The translations under genes and the position numbers were made by a program. A stretch of 64,000 bases of DNA from Paramoeba atlantica. Lineage: Eukaryota; Protista; Discosea. A model generated the notes under the pieces. The model worked only from the letters and a program-made list of their open reading frames with translations. It was not told where the DNA came from and did no database searches. Below, in pieces: positions 29,419 through 40,532 of this stretch (the first letter of the stretch is position 1; each line of letters opens with the position of its first letter). Where the stretch lies: the NCBI GenBank assembly GCA_977017575.1, contig CDRNVI010000012.1:992001-1056000 (forward strand). Direction: 5' to 3'.

Positions 29419-32400
29419 ATGTCGAATTTGGACCCTGAACACCTAGAAGTTGATTTGTCGGATGGTTCTCTTCATACTCCGCAACGAGCATGTACTTCCG
29501 GACATGCCACTTCGATTTGCAGGTCAAGATATCGCCTCGGCGAACGCTCTGCTTCAAAGCCAATTGGGAAACTAGTTACTACCCAAGATCAGGAAATAAA
29601 GGATTTAAGAAGGACTCTTAGCGAATCTCAGTTCGAGGCACGGAAGCAAACAAACGAATGTGAACGACTTCGGGAACAGTTGTCAAACGTTTTCCGCCTA
29701 AAACAAGACGAAGCTACTCTAAATCGAACCGCCCGAGAAACAGGAACGGTGCGCGAAAGGAAAATACATCGAGACTGGATTAAAAAAGCTAAGCAAGAAA
29801 AGCGTACCGCAACACAGCTTTCATCAGCAAATGAAGAGCTAAAGAAACAAATTTCGGTATTAGTGTCTCAATTAGAGCAAGAGCGTTCTTCCTGGCAGAT
29901 TAAAATGACAGAAATGGAAGGCGAGAAAGAGAGTTATTGTCAGAATCGTATTGCACCGGCATTCCAAGAACTGCGTCAAACCATACAGGAACGAGATAAT
30001 GCCCAAAAAAGTGCTGAAAACTCAAAAATTTTATTCGATCAGCTGCAAAAGGATTTCGAAGAATTACAGAAAGCTCTTCATCACACAGAGAATCAGCTTT
30101 CGAGATCTCAAGTTCAGAAGAAGGAACTTATGGATGAGATTACCAGCTTGAGATTGGGAAACGACTCCTGTAGCGAAGCGCAAAAGCGGCTTGCAGAAGT
30201 TACTGAAGCTCTCGTTACGAAAGATGACATCATGTTGAAATTATCACAAGAAAACCAAAAACTTACATACTTGCAAACAAATCTTGAAAAGGAAATCGGC
30301 AGAAGTGCTCCTAGATGTGAAGAATTGAAGAAGGAAGTGGAGCAACTCAAGGAAAGGGGGAATAATCTTGACGCACAGTTATCCGCTGCTCTCTCTGAAA
30401 ACGAGAGTTTGCGAGACAAGAACATAGCGATATCTCTCAGTCTTACAAATGTTCAATCACGGTATTTGACGTGTCAAGGAGACCTTCACACTGTTGAGGC
30501 AGATCGAGATATGTGCAAGTTTGAGAATAAACTTTTCAAAGAAGAACGGGAGACGAAAGTGGAAGTAAACAAAGAATTACAAGAAAAGGTGCATCTTCAT
30601 TGCTTAAAAGAGGAAACCTGGGATTATGAAAAGAGAAAATTTCAAGAACGTTCCGCGGAAGAAAGTCAAGCAAAAGAAAGATACTTAGCAAGTGCGCAGT
30701 CACTAGAAGAGCGGCTACTAGAGAGCGAACAGGTACTGTGCAAGGCTAATGGGACAATCAAATTACTGCAACTTGAAGCGGAGAAGGAAAAAGGGGAATT
30801 CATTTTAATTCAAAACTCAAACAATAAATTGCGAGTTCAGCAAGAAATCGACAAGAGCTGTATTCAAGAAATAAGTCGGTCTCTTTGTGAAGCCCAAAAA
30901 GACAATTTAGAATTATCTTCCTCAAGTGCGGCTACTCAGAAAGAACTAGTGTATCTTCGAGAAGTTCATTCAAGGACACAGCTTGAAACCCAAGAAGTTG
31001 GCACACGTATTCGAAAAATTGAAAACGAGCTTTCCATCTCTAAAATGGAAGCTCAATCATTGCAAAACAGCCTTGAAGAGGCTCGTTTGATCATTAACGA
31101 TACCTCATCTGAGAAGGAAAGACTGATTACTGAAACACATGAATGTAATTCTGAAATTCGGCGCTGTCGCTTAGCATTGGCCGACTACGAAATGAAGCTC
31201 GATCAAGAAAATCATCGTTTTCAAGATCAGGAACAGAGTCTAAAGAAAGGAAGAAGTGAACATTTGGCTCTTCAAGAGCAGGCAGAGAAAAACGGGAAAG
31301 AGCTTCAGGGTTTGCAAATGTGTGTTACAGCCCTTGAAGGCGAGACAGAAAGGCTTGCTCAAGAACGCGAAGTCTATCGAAAAGAACTACAAAACTGTAT
31401 TCAGAAAGCTCAAAAACTTTTTACTAGTTTTCTGGAAAATAATGCAAAGTGCGTCGAATTTGAGAAAATCGTAGAACTGCAAGAATCTTCGTTAAAAGAA
31501 AAAGATAGTCTCTATAAGAAAATGGAAATTAAGCTCGAAATGTTTGAAAGTCAAATTTATGAATACAGAAAAGAACGCGACGCTCAAAAACGCTTGGAGT
31601 CGGATTTGAAATCAGAAATTAGAAACCTGAGTGCGCATTGCGAAAAATTAAAGGAAAAAATAGCTTGCAATGAGATGGAAATGGCGAATCTTTATTCCAC
31701 TCACAAATCCATTGAAGAAAAATTGTTAAATACAGCCAAATCATTACATAAGGAAAACAAAACATCTGAAATTACTAGAAGTAATCTCTCCAAGGCTCTT
31801 GAAGAAAAGGAACAAACAAAAGCAGCTCTTCAAAACTCGCTCCTTAAAATAGATTCTTTGCAAGGCGAAATAGGAACAATACGATTAGACTTTGAAACAT
31901 GCCAGTTGAAGAATCAGCGACTTTCGGACGATATAGAAAAATTTGAATGTGATTGCTGCATCAAGGAGCAAAAACTCTTTGAATGTGAGGAAAGTCTTGC
32001 TACGAAAGATAGACTTATCTCCGTTACCCAACAGAAGTTGGAAGAGAGTGATATTCAGTTACAATCTATGAAGTCTCAAGCGGAAGACCTGAAATTGATT
32101 GAAGAATCTCTCCGGAATGAAGTTCTTAGGACCTTAACTCTGCTTGGGAATGAAAAGTCACGAAATTCCGAATTGGTACATGCACTTAAAATTTCTGAGG
32201 AAAACGAGATGTGCTGCCAATCGAAAGCGGACGCCTCGGGTGTCAGAGTTCAAGCTCTACAAGAAGAGATTTACCAAGCTACGCAAGACAAGCATTATGT
32301 GCAGCTTTCGATAGATAGAAAGATATCAGAAATTGATGGCATCAAAATAGAAAATGAAAATTACTGCAAGAACATACGTAGCTTAGAAACGCATCTCTCA

Positions 32401-32952
32401 CGACGAACGCAAATGTTTGAGAAAATGCTATGCGATAGCCGAGCTTTACTGCATATAGCTGAAAAATCTCTTTGCAAAGAAGCAGAGAGTTGCGAGCGAA
32501 ATAAGAATATTCTAACCGAAGTGCAGGAACGTGGAAAAGTTGTCGTGGGCGAGGTTAGCTACCAAGCTTCCATTTTTCAGCAAGAGCGAGATCTTTATAT
32601 TAAAAAGTATCACTCAGCATGCTATAGAAACGTTCAGGTTGAGCGTAACGTTCATGATGCGAGGCAGAAATATCTTTGCGAATATGAAACGTTGGAAAAA
32701 TTGCGCGAATCACACAAGGACTTTTTTCTGAAACTTCAGAGCGCCACTGCATCGCGTGAGGATAAATTTCGTATTGCCATCGACAATGAAGCGGTAAAAT
32801 GTCATGAAATGTCTCAGCTTGTCTTGCAATTGAAGAGAGAACTTAAAATTGCCAATGAAAGGCTCTTTACATCAGTTCGCCCGACAACTCCGGCACGTAA
32901 ATCTCGATCCAGTTCTAAAGGAAAGCCATGTGTTTTCGAAGGTAGCACGTAG
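29419..32952 (+). CDS. Long coiled-coil protein, 1177 aa (paralog B)
   Basis: Heptad-rich; ERDLYIKKYHSACYRNVQVER motif; basic S/T-P tail. Confidence 0.85.
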   Translation: MSNLDPEHLEVDLSDGSLHTPQRACTSGHATSICRSRYRLGERSASKPIGKLVTTQDQEIKDLRRTLSESQFEARKQTNECERLREQLSNVFRLKQDEATLNRTARETGTVRERKIHRDWIKKAKQEKRTATQLSSANEELKKQISVLVSQLEQERSSWQIKMTEMEGEKESYCQNRIAPAFQELRQTIQERDNAQKSAENSKILFDQLQKDFEELQKALHHTENQLSRSQVQKKELMDEITSLRLGNDSCSEAQKRLAEVTEALVTKDDIMLKLSQENQKLTYLQTNLEKEIGRSAPRCEELKKEVEQLKERGNNLDAQLSAALSENESLRDKNIAISLSLTNVQSRYLTCQGDLHTVEADRDMCKFENKLFKEERETKVEVNKELQEKVHLHCLKEETWDYEKRKFQERSAEESQAKERYLASAQSLEERLLESEQVLCKANGTIKLLQLEAEKEKGEFILIQNSNNKLRVQQEIDKSCIQEISRSLCEAQKDNLELSSSSAATQKELVYLREVHSRTQLETQEVGTRIRKIENELSISKMEAQSLQNSLEEARLIINDTSSEKERLITETHECNSEIRRCRLALADYEMKLDQENHRFQDQEQSLKKGRSEHLALQEQAEKNGKELQGLQMCVTALEGETERLAQEREVYRKELQNCIQKAQKLFTSFLENNAKCVEFEKIVELQESSLKEKDSLYKKMEIKLEMFESQIYEYRKERDAQKRLESDLKSEIRNLSAHCEKLKEKIACNEMEMANLYSTHKSIEEKLLNTAKSLHKENKTSEITRSNLSKALEEKEQTKAALQNSLLKIDSLQGEIGTIRLDFETCQLKNQRLSDDIEKFECDCCIKEQKLFECEESLATKDRLISVTQQKLEESDIQLQSMKSQAEDLKLIEESLRNEVLRTLTLLGNEKSRNSELVHALKISEENEMCCQSKADASGVRVQALQEEIYQATQDKHYVQLSIDRKISEIDGIKIENENYCKNIRSLETHLSRRTQMFEKMLCDSRALLHIAEKSLCKEAESCERNKNILTEVQERGKVVVGEVSYQASIFQQERDLYIKKYHSACYRNVQVERNVHDARQKYLCEYETLEKLRESHKDFFLKLQSATASREDKFRIAIDNEAVKCHEMSQLVLQLKRELKIANERLFTSVRPTTPARKSRSSSKGKPCVFEGST

Positions 32953-33367
32953 GCATTTACTATTCAGGATTCGTTAAAAATGGTCATCTTTTTAGGTCTT
33001 TCTCTTTCATATCATTTTTTTGTATTATTCTTCCGGTGTATGATTTGAGTTAAAGAAGACAAAACGATAATCTAATCATAAATTTTAGTCCCTTTCTACT
33101 ACCCCGTTAAAACTACTTCCTAGGAGCAGCGCGAAATTTTTAAACTTGCTTATGCGCAACACATCTTGCTGCGTAGAAAAAAAATCTGCTTTATTGATCT
33201 TGTTTTTCTTGCTATTATTTATTTATGCTTTTCAATATTACAAGTTACATGATGTTTATGAGTTTCGATTTTGAATGTTTTATCAGTGCCGTGTACTAGA
33301 CTAGTTTGGAATCTCAGTGGCACGTTAGTACAGTATTAGAACGCATTTTTTTATAAACGTGTATTTG

Positions 33368-34759
33368 ATGCTCTGCATTTCGCAGTTTTTAGTTTTATCT
33401 CCTAAAGGCGATCGTATAGTCTTCAAAGACTACCGCGGTGAACTACCGTCTCAGACGGACGAAATCTTCTTCCGCAAGTACAAATTCTGGGACTCAACGC
33501 TCAATAAAGAGAAAACCTGTGCCACGCGCAGCACCGAATGTCCCCCTTTCTTTTCCGTAGATGGCATCTTATTTGCCTTTGTGCGCAAAAATGGTCTTCT
33601 CCTCGTCGCCACCTCCTGCCGTAACTACAGCCCCTCTCTCATGGCCGAATTCATCCTACGCCTGGCACAAATCATGAAAGACTACCTCGGGGTACTTAAC
33701 GAGGAGGTCCTTCGACAAACCCCCTTCCTTCTCTATGAAATCCTCGAAGAAGCCGTCGACTACGGCTACCTCCAAGACCCCGGACCCGAGCGTCTCCGTG
33801 CCCTGCTGTGCGAGACCGCCTACCTCACCCCCCCCGACCGCACCCCCTCCCCCTCCCCCATCGCCTCCCTTCGCTCCGCGGTCGCCCAGAACCTGTTCCT
33901 GGACCACACCCGGCACGGCACCGCGGCCCAGGTCTCGCTGCTCACCGCCTCCGCGGAGCGCCGCAATGAGATCTACGTCGACCTCGTGGAGCGCCTCGCG
34001 CTTACGCTCACCCCCGCGGGGAGCTGTGTCGCGGGGGAGATCGAGGGGGCCGTCGTGATGAAGTCCCTCCTCGGGGGGCTCCCCCAGCTGCGTGTGGCGT
34101 TTGGGGAGGAGGGGGTGGGGGGAGGGGGCGTCGGTTCTCGTGCTCAAGCCTCTCCGGTGAGCTTCCGTGGGGTAAGCTTTGGGGATCGTGTGGATAGTGC
34201 CGCGTTTGAGAACTCCCGAGTGTTATCGTTTTACCCCTGCGATGGGGAGTTTGTGGTGATGAAGTATCGGGTGGCGGCGCCGGCGACGGTTCCGTTTCGT
34301 GTGGTTCCGGAGTTAAGGAGTCCGGGGGTGTATAAGCTGGAGTTGGGGCTGCGTATCCGTGCGTTGTTTGGGGAACATCTGCAGGGGACGGAGGTAGAGG
34401 TACGGGTTCCAGTACCAGCGTGTACGACTAGTGTGGTGGTGGAGGTGGATAAGCCGGCGCCGGCGACGCACTCGTATGAGTACATAGAGGCTCAGAAATG
34501 TTGTGTTTGGCGAATACAAACGTTTCCTGGAGAGGCCGAGTTCGGGTGTACCATGCGTATGTCGCTTGGGACGGTTGTCACAGCAACTGTGGAGAAGGAG
34601 GTGGGACCCGTAGTGTTGGACTTTGAGATACCTAATTACAGTACCAGTGGGTTGTGCATCCGTTCGCTTCAGATCGAGGAAAAAAGTAAATCATACAATC
34701 CCTCAAAGTGGATACGAAGCTTTACTCGAGGTTCGAGTTATGAGTGTCGTGTTCGATAG
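33368..34759 (+). CDS. AP4M1: Adaptor complex mu subunit, AP-4 mu-like
   Basis: ISQFLVLSPKGDRIVFKDYRGE, FRKYKFW, YEILEEAVDYGYLQ, NEIYVDLVE, PCDGEFVVMKY, FEIP.YSTSGL.IR.L, KWIR.FT. Confidence 0.85.
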   Translation: MLCISQFLVLSPKGDRIVFKDYRGELPSQTDEIFFRKYKFWDSTLNKEKTCATRSTECPPFFSVDGILFAFVRKNGLLLVATSCRNYSPSLMAEFILRLAQIMKDYLGVLNEEVLRQTPFLLYEILEEAVDYGYLQDPGPERLRALLCETAYLTPPDRTPSPSPIASLRSAVAQNLFLDHTRHGTAAQVSLLTASAERRNEIYVDLVERLALTLTPAGSCVAGEIEGAVVMKSLLGGLPQLRVAFGEEGVGGGGVGSRAQASPVSFRGVSFGDRVDSAAFENSRVLSFYPCDGEFVVMKYRVAAPATVPFRVVPELRSPGVYKLELGLRIRALFGEHLQGTEVEVRVPVPACTTSVVVEVDKPAPATHSYEYIEAQKCCVWRIQTFPGEAEFGCTMRMSLGTVVTATVEKEVGPVVLDFEIPNYSTSGLCIRSLQIEEKSKSYNPSKWIRSFTRGSSYECRVR

Positions 34760-35451
34760 GTCCAGTTTGTGTTGTGATGTAGTATGATCACTAAAGCAGG
34801 CGGCGGAGATGCTATTGAAGGGTTTGGAGGTCACCAGATTTTTATGTTGTTAAGGTCTGAAGAAGAAAGAAATCGGGTTACTAAAAGTGGTCCCTCTATA
34901 GGGTCATGTGCTTCACTGGACTTTTGACTGAACAAAATTGGATACCAATTAACCTTGCAACGTTGCATAGAATCTCTCAGCATTACAACCTCCGTGCAAG
35001 CGTAGTGATGAAGGGTTCTCGGAATAGGTGCCAAAGCATTTGGCGAACGCTTTACGAGTCTCCCGTTTGCTTGAAAGACACGCTGGTAACACAGCGAATT
35101 GCTTTTCGTTGTCTTTCAAGTGAATTACACATAATGATACACGTAGAGCTATCTCACCATTGAACAATTCACTCCGCACTTTGAAATAATGTATCTTTTT
35201 TGTCCGCATGATGCTTTCCTTAGGAATCAAAAATGTCAAGAGTGGAATATCCCCTAAATTGCTTAAACCTAAAATTTGAGTGGCTGAAACATAAAAAATT
35301 AACCTTTTTAACCATTTTAAAAATGGTTCGAATTAATAAGTATTTACATTTAAAATTCTAGGATTTATCATTATAGACTAGAAATTGTCTGGAGAGGGCG
35401 GCACACGCATGACTTCTCCATGTCGTTATTAACTTTTAGTTCTCGCAGTTA

Positions 35452-36366
35452 ATGACTACTCCCATCCTTATTAGACGTCTTGTCGCACTGACTCCTACGT
35501 GCAGACAGCAAGCACAACCGTTTTTCTTCACGACTACGCGCTATGTCACCGAATTCTACGACAAAAACGACATCCCACATACTCCTAGTGGAGGTGATCC
35601 TTACATTATCTTTGGTCTTCATCCCGCTTCAGCAACGCTCAAAATAATTGCAAAGCAATACAAACGTCTGGTCGTAGAAAATCATCCTGACCGTCCCGGG
35701 GGGAGTACTGAAAAAATGGTAGAGATCAACGCGGCGTATAAAATTCTAAAAGAAAACCACGAGCGAATTCGCGCTCACATCAAGCGCACTGCGCACACAC
35801 CCCGTCAAGCCGCGGAACACTCTCGGTCCTTTTACGAGAAAGCTAAGGCGCAACGCGAGGAGACTTTACATCGCTCAGGGGGAATTCGCGACACGGACAG
35901 TGAGGCATGGAAATCCCAGCGTAGCTCTCGCGAACGGTGGGCTCGATTTGAAAAGGAGACACGCCATGCTGTGGAGTGCATGAAGGCTCGTTTTGACCTC
36001 GCATGCATACAAGGGTTGCACATGCGCAAACCGCGCAGTTTATCTGAACTTGTGGCACGAGAGAGGTGGTTGCGTCGGGGCTACATACAGGAAATGAGAT
36101 CTGCGGTTCAGAAATTGAGCTTAGATCAGTCCTCTGATTCGCTTCGAAGACGAGTAGAAGAGTTTGGCACGGCGATGGAGCGGGAATTGGTTGCTTCTAT
36201 AGAGAAAAAGGAAAAAGAAATAGGACGTGCGAATTGGTATCAAAGCCTACGTACGGCATCCGGAGTCGTTCTTATTCTTGGTGGATGCGTCCTACTTGTC
36301 TACTGGTACATTTTTATTCGATATATTCCCAATACTTTCTTTATGAAATACAAGGACGCCATGTAA
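35452..36366 (+). CDS. DnaJ-domain protein, probable mitochondrial membrane protein
   Basis: DPYIIFGL...KQYKRLVVENHPDRPGGS.EKM.EIN.AY.IL (HPD); Arg-rich N-terminus; C-terminal hydrophobic helix. Confidence 0.85.
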   Translation: MTTPILIRRLVALTPTCRQQAQPFFFTTTRYVTEFYDKNDIPHTPSGGDPYIIFGLHPASATLKIIAKQYKRLVVENHPDRPGGSTEKMVEINAAYKILKENHERIRAHIKRTAHTPRQAAEHSRSFYEKAKAQREETLHRSGGIRDTDSEAWKSQRSSRERWARFEKETRHAVECMKARFDLACIQGLHMRKPRSLSELVARERWLRRGYIQEMRSAVQKLSLDQSSDSLRRRVEEFGTAMERELVASIEKKEKEIGRANWYQSLRTASGVVLILGGCVLLVYWYIFIRYIPNTFFMKYKDAM

Positions 36367-36621
36367 AAGAAGTACCTTCTGTTCATCAGGTAAGTTTTCA
36401 CACGGCGGGCGGCGTTATACAGCAAGATACTTTGTAGCGCTCGCCTTGTTAAAACATGAAGGGGGGAAAACATAAGGATGTAAATAATCATCCCACCGCA
36501 ATTACAGCAAAACACGTCATAAATAACATGGACAACAAAACATTAATTTTTCTTTGTTTTTTAAAACAAATTTTTCTTATTCATCATTTTTTCTTACTGC
36601 GGTGAGACCATTCTTTTATTT

Positions 36622-36993
36622 ATGGCATCACGTCTTGGTAACAGTGGTCTAGGAAATCAATTTTCTGTTACTAAATTTGGAAAGCCAAGTTTTCCTTACC
36701 CTGTTCCTACTGGAGACAAAGAGCGACTTCGCTTGGCTAATCAAAAACACATCCAACAGGACACAAGCCGAGAAAAGGTGTACACATTTTGTAAGAAATG
36801 CGGCAACACTCGAATGACTGTGAACTTTAACAATCTTCCCAGTGCTCGTATCGGTCTATGGACAAAATGTCGAAATGGTATGGACTATCGACATCACGTT
36901 TGGGTACAAATACTTCGGGAAGATTATATTAAAATGAAAGAAATGGAATTGAAGGAACGTCTGAATTACTATATTTTTGACAGGGATGAATAA
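36622..36993 (+). CDS. Small Zn-ribbon protein, probably mitoribosomal bL33m
   Basis: KVYTFCKKCGNTRMTVNFNNLPSARIGLWTKCRNGMDYRHH aligns by eye with Zn-type L33 spacing (C-x2-C...N...R.L..KC...H). Confidence 0.5.
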   Translation: MASRLGNSGLGNQFSVTKFGKPSFPYPVPTGDKERLRLANQKHIQQDTSREKVYTFCKKCGNTRMTVNFNNLPSARIGLWTKCRNGMDYRHHVWVQILREDYIKMKEMELKERLNYYIFDRDE

Positions 36994-37488
36994 AGATGAA
37001 CATGTTTGCAACAACCCTAAAATACGTTTAATGCAAACAGTTCAATATCGCATCATTTATTGTGATACAATTGTGCGTTGAAGTGCATTGAATTTTATTC
37101 AATGCGCTTAGTTCATGCAGTTACACTGCGTGCTGCGTTTTCCATTGGGCATTACATGTCCACAAAGCTATATTTCATTATAGTTCCGTCAATTTTCAGG
37201 AGAATCCGGAAGTATTGCGTGCGAATGTCCCGAAGCCAGGCACACCTGAGCGCGAACATTCAATTTACCTCATACTAGTGCCATCCCCATTTACACTTGT
37301 GTATGTGGGGTGAACACCCCTTTATACTTCCGTTATATCAAAATCCATTCGAATATCGCAAAACAGTATCTCGCAATGCTTTCCAAATGTCTTTTGATTT
37401 GTCCTAATTTTCTGTTGTATCAGGTCGATGACCAGAGTCCGTCGTGTAGAGACAATGAATTTTTGTTCTGAGTAAATCCTTGTTCAAT

Positions 37489-38889
37489 ATGCCACCTGAT
37501 TTCACAACGGAAATTGTATCAAAAATGGGAGCTGCCGGATGCTCGACTTTATGTATTAAATCCTTTTTACAATCACGAAAAAGGGTTAAAGAAACAGAAT
37601 CTTATATATCCGAAATTTCTATCTGTCCTGTGCGTGATATTCTCTGTTACGAATCTTTGTCAACCGGTCAAACTGACAACCAGAAATCTGCTGCATGCGC
37701 TGTCCTAAAACTTAACGGTGGTCTTGGAACCTCTATGGGTTTGCAAGGGGCTAAATCTCTGATAGAAGTAAAACCAGGAGCTTCTTTTCTTGATATTATA
37801 CTCCAACAATTGACTTCTATAACACCTACTCCGCATCTACTATTGTTAAACTCGGTACAATCTCAAAAATCGGTTCAAGATTATCTCAACAATACGCATA
37901 GCTCTTCTTCCGGGGGTTCCTTATCCGTTACGCCATTGACGCAACACAATGTACCCCGACTGGCACCAGATGGCAAACCAATATCGTGGATGAAGGATCC
38001 AGCGGAGGAGTGGTGTCCACCAGGTCACGGCAATCTCTACACTGTTCTTTACGAAACCGGAAAACTTGAAACCTTGTTGTCCCGTGGTTACGAATGTATA
38101 TTTATTTCCAATAGCGATAACCTGGGAGCTACACTCGACACGAAGATACTCGAATATTTTATGGAATCTTCACATTGTTTCCTGATGGAAGTCTGCATGC
38201 GTCAGAAGAGAGATCGCAAAGGAGGACATTTGGCTCACAACATAGAAACAGGTGGTCTTGTTTTGCGTGAGAAGGCTCAGTGTGATGAAAGCGATATGTC
38301 TTTCTTTGAGGATATTGATAAGCATTCATATTTCAACACAAACAATCTATGGGTCAAAACACGACAGCTATATCACGTTCTGAAAGAGTCTGGCGGAGTG
38401 TTGCCTTTGCCCGTAATCCGGAATCCCAAAATTATAGGACACGGTAGCCAAGAGGAGAGACAACTGAGTTGGCAATTGGAGACTGCAGCAGGGTCAGCCA
38501 TATCTGTGTTAGGCTTACGCTCCGCTGCTATTTCTGTTCCTAGGAACAGGTTTCGTCCCGTGAAGCATCTTTCTGACTTATTAGTACTTCGGAGTGACGC
38601 GTATGCGATCACTCCGGATGGAGAACTACAGCTTTTGGCACCCGGCGAAGGCCCCGACGTACAGTTGGATGAACAGTACCGCACTCTAGAAGATATAGAG
38701 GATCTCACTCCTTTTGGAGTGCCTAGTCTAAGGTATTGTACTAGCTTAAGAATTCGGGGGAAGGTGATTTTTGAATCTGGAGTGATTATTCGGGGTGAGG
38801 TAATCATTGAGAACGAGAGACCAAATTTCAGATGTGTGGTGCAGGAAAACTGTTATGAGAATACCAATGTCGTATTTTCTTCTCACTAA
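37489..38889 (+). CDS. UGP: UTP-glucose-1-phosphate uridylyltransferase (UDP-glucose pyrophosphorylase)
   Basis: VLKLNGGLGTSMGL.GAKS, WCPPGHG, SNSDNLGA, KGGHLA, FNTNNLW, QLETAAGSAI, RF.PVK..SDLL.LRSD.Y. Confidence 0.95.
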   Translation: MPPDFTTEIVSKMGAAGCSTLCIKSFLQSRKRVKETESYISEISICPVRDILCYESLSTGQTDNQKSAACAVLKLNGGLGTSMGLQGAKSLIEVKPGASFLDIILQQLTSITPTPHLLLLNSVQSQKSVQDYLNNTHSSSSGGSLSVTPLTQHNVPRLAPDGKPISWMKDPAEEWCPPGHGNLYTVLYETGKLETLLSRGYECIFISNSDNLGATLDTKILEYFMESSHCFLMEVCMRQKRDRKGGHLAHNIETGGLVLREKAQCDESDMSFFEDIDKHSYFNTNNLWVKTRQLYHVLKESGGVLPLPVIRNPKIIGHGSQEERQLSWQLETAAGSAISVLGLRSAAISVPRNRFRPVKHLSDLLVLRSDAYAITPDGELQLLAPGEGPDVQLDEQYRTLEDIEDLTPFGVPSLRYCTSLRIRGKVIFESGVIIRGEVIIENERPNFRCVVQENCYENTNVVFSSH

Positions 38890-39059
38890 GTTGCTTACAT
38901 GAGATAACGATTTCTGTAGATATTGTTTACAGAAATCTTTTTTAGTAAAGATACAATATTAAAAGTACTTTTTTCACTTGTGGAATGCAACGATATTCGA
39001 TCGCCTAAGCTTACACTATACTTTTTCAGTGCAAAGTGGGTAGTTTTTTATATTTCTTT

Positions 39060-40532
39060 ATGGGCGACAAACATTACCTTTATGTGCACAATTGCTCACC
39101 TGCCATATCGGAGTCAGAACTGCGAGCAATTTTTGGATGTATCGGTCATGTTGAATCTCTCCGTAGACAATTTGATGCTCAGCACAATACTTTTCATTGG
39201 CTAGTTGAATACGTCGATGAACAGAAGGTTGCGACTGCAATTGATGCGCTACAGGGATATGAACTTCTTGGCATTCCACTTCAGTTGTGTTCTAGCCAAA
39301 GATCTCCAATACCAGTGGAACTTGCTCCAACTTCAGCTGAACCAGCCATTCCTTCGTCCGCTAAATTAAAAATCGTTGGTTTACACTACTTGGATGAACA
39401 GATGCGTACATTCTTGGATTTGGATCTTAAAGACCATATTCAGAGAAACGAAGCTCGAATTATTGAACTGACGCAGCAATTACAAAATTTTGATCCGGTT
39501 CCGGCACATAGAGTCCCCTTTCTGTCTGCAAATTGTGTAACTCTTCATAAAGTCTCTAATGAAATTACGAGAGAAGCACTAGAAAGTGCCATTGGGAGTC
39601 TTTGGCGGGATTCAATGTACGCTATCGAATGCCCATGTGATGATCCCATGAGTAGGCATTGGTTAATAGATTTGGGTAATACAGCAAACGTTAAAAAAAT
39701 TATACAGTGTCAAGTTTTGCGACTTCGGGATAACCCTCCGACCAGTGCCTTGTTACGTCTCCCAATTGAAAGTGAGGTCAAATATGCGAGAAGTCAAGTG
39801 TACCCGGAAGAGAATGCGTCTTCCGAATATACTGCATTCGCAAAGGCACAAAAAAGCGAATCTCTCGCTTCAATTAACGAAGGAGGAAAGATGACTGCAC
39901 ATCTAATTAAAGCGAAATCTGCAGAAGAGAATTTGTCAACGCGTGAGAGAACATCCGAAATAACGGAAGGTGCAGTAGTCTTAGATGATGCACATATTAA
40001 GAAGGGGTCTTCTAGTTTGCCGCGTTATAATCAACCTTTGCGTAGTTCTGCTTCTACTTCTAGGGATAAAAAAGCAAATGAGGCGTACCATTACTCGGCT
40101 TCTACTTACAAAAGGAAGACCAGTTTATCTTCAGAAGAGTTGTCACCTCTAAGTCAAAATCAGATGAACCGGTCGCACAGCCGCAGTCCTAGACGCCGCA
40201 GCCCTCGTAGACACGATCAAAGAAGTTACAGTCCTAGACGCCGAAGTCCTCGCAAACGCGAACATAGAAGTCGAACACCCAGAAATCGTAGTCCCAGAAA
40301 ACATAGCTCTCGAGACCGTAGTTCTTGTAGTCGAAATTCCAATAGGTATAGTTACCATCGAAGATCTCGAAGTCGTACGCCACCCAGAAGATACTCGCGG
40401 CATTCTCGCAGTCCGACAAGGAAAATATCGAGTGGGAGCAAGTATCGCAGTCCCACACCGACGAAAAGAAGTCGACAACGACATTACGAGCGTGTCTCGA
40501 GTCGCCACAATACTCACGGGAAAAGCTATTAG
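39060..40532 (+). CDS. RRM protein with C-terminal RS/RSP domain (SR-like)
   Basis: N-terminal LYVHNCSPAISESELRAIFGCIGHVES RRM; SPRRRSPRR repeats at 40180-40500. Confidence 0.8.
   Translation: MGDKHYLYVHNCSPAISESELRAIFGCIGHVESLRRQFDAQHNTFHWLVEYVDEQKVATAIDALQGYELLGIPLQLCSSQRSPIPVELAPTSAEPAIPSSAKLKIVGLHYLDEQMRTFLDLDLKDHIQRNEARIIELTQQLQNFDPVPAHRVPFLSANCVTLHKVSNEITREALESAIGSLWRDSMYAIECPCDDPMSRHWLIDLGNTANVKKIIQCQVLRLRDNPPTSALLRLPIESEVKYARSQVYPEENASSEYTAFAKAQKSESLASINEGGKMTAHLIKAKSAEENLSTRERTSEITEGAVVLDDAHIKKGSSSLPRYNQPLRSSASTSRDKKANEAYHYSASTYKRKTSLSSEELSPLSQNQMNRSHSRSPRRRSPRRHDQRSYSPRRRSPRKREHRSRTPRNRSPRKHSSRDRSSCSRNSNRYSYHRRSRSRTPPRRYSRHSRSPTRKISSGSKYRSPTPTKRSRQRHYERVSSRHNTHGKSY

Noticed and set aside
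34774-34860. Further C/D snoRNA-like box pairs (also 7137-7178)
   Set aside because: Degenerate C box or too short, no internal C'/D' boxes and no recognisable guide.
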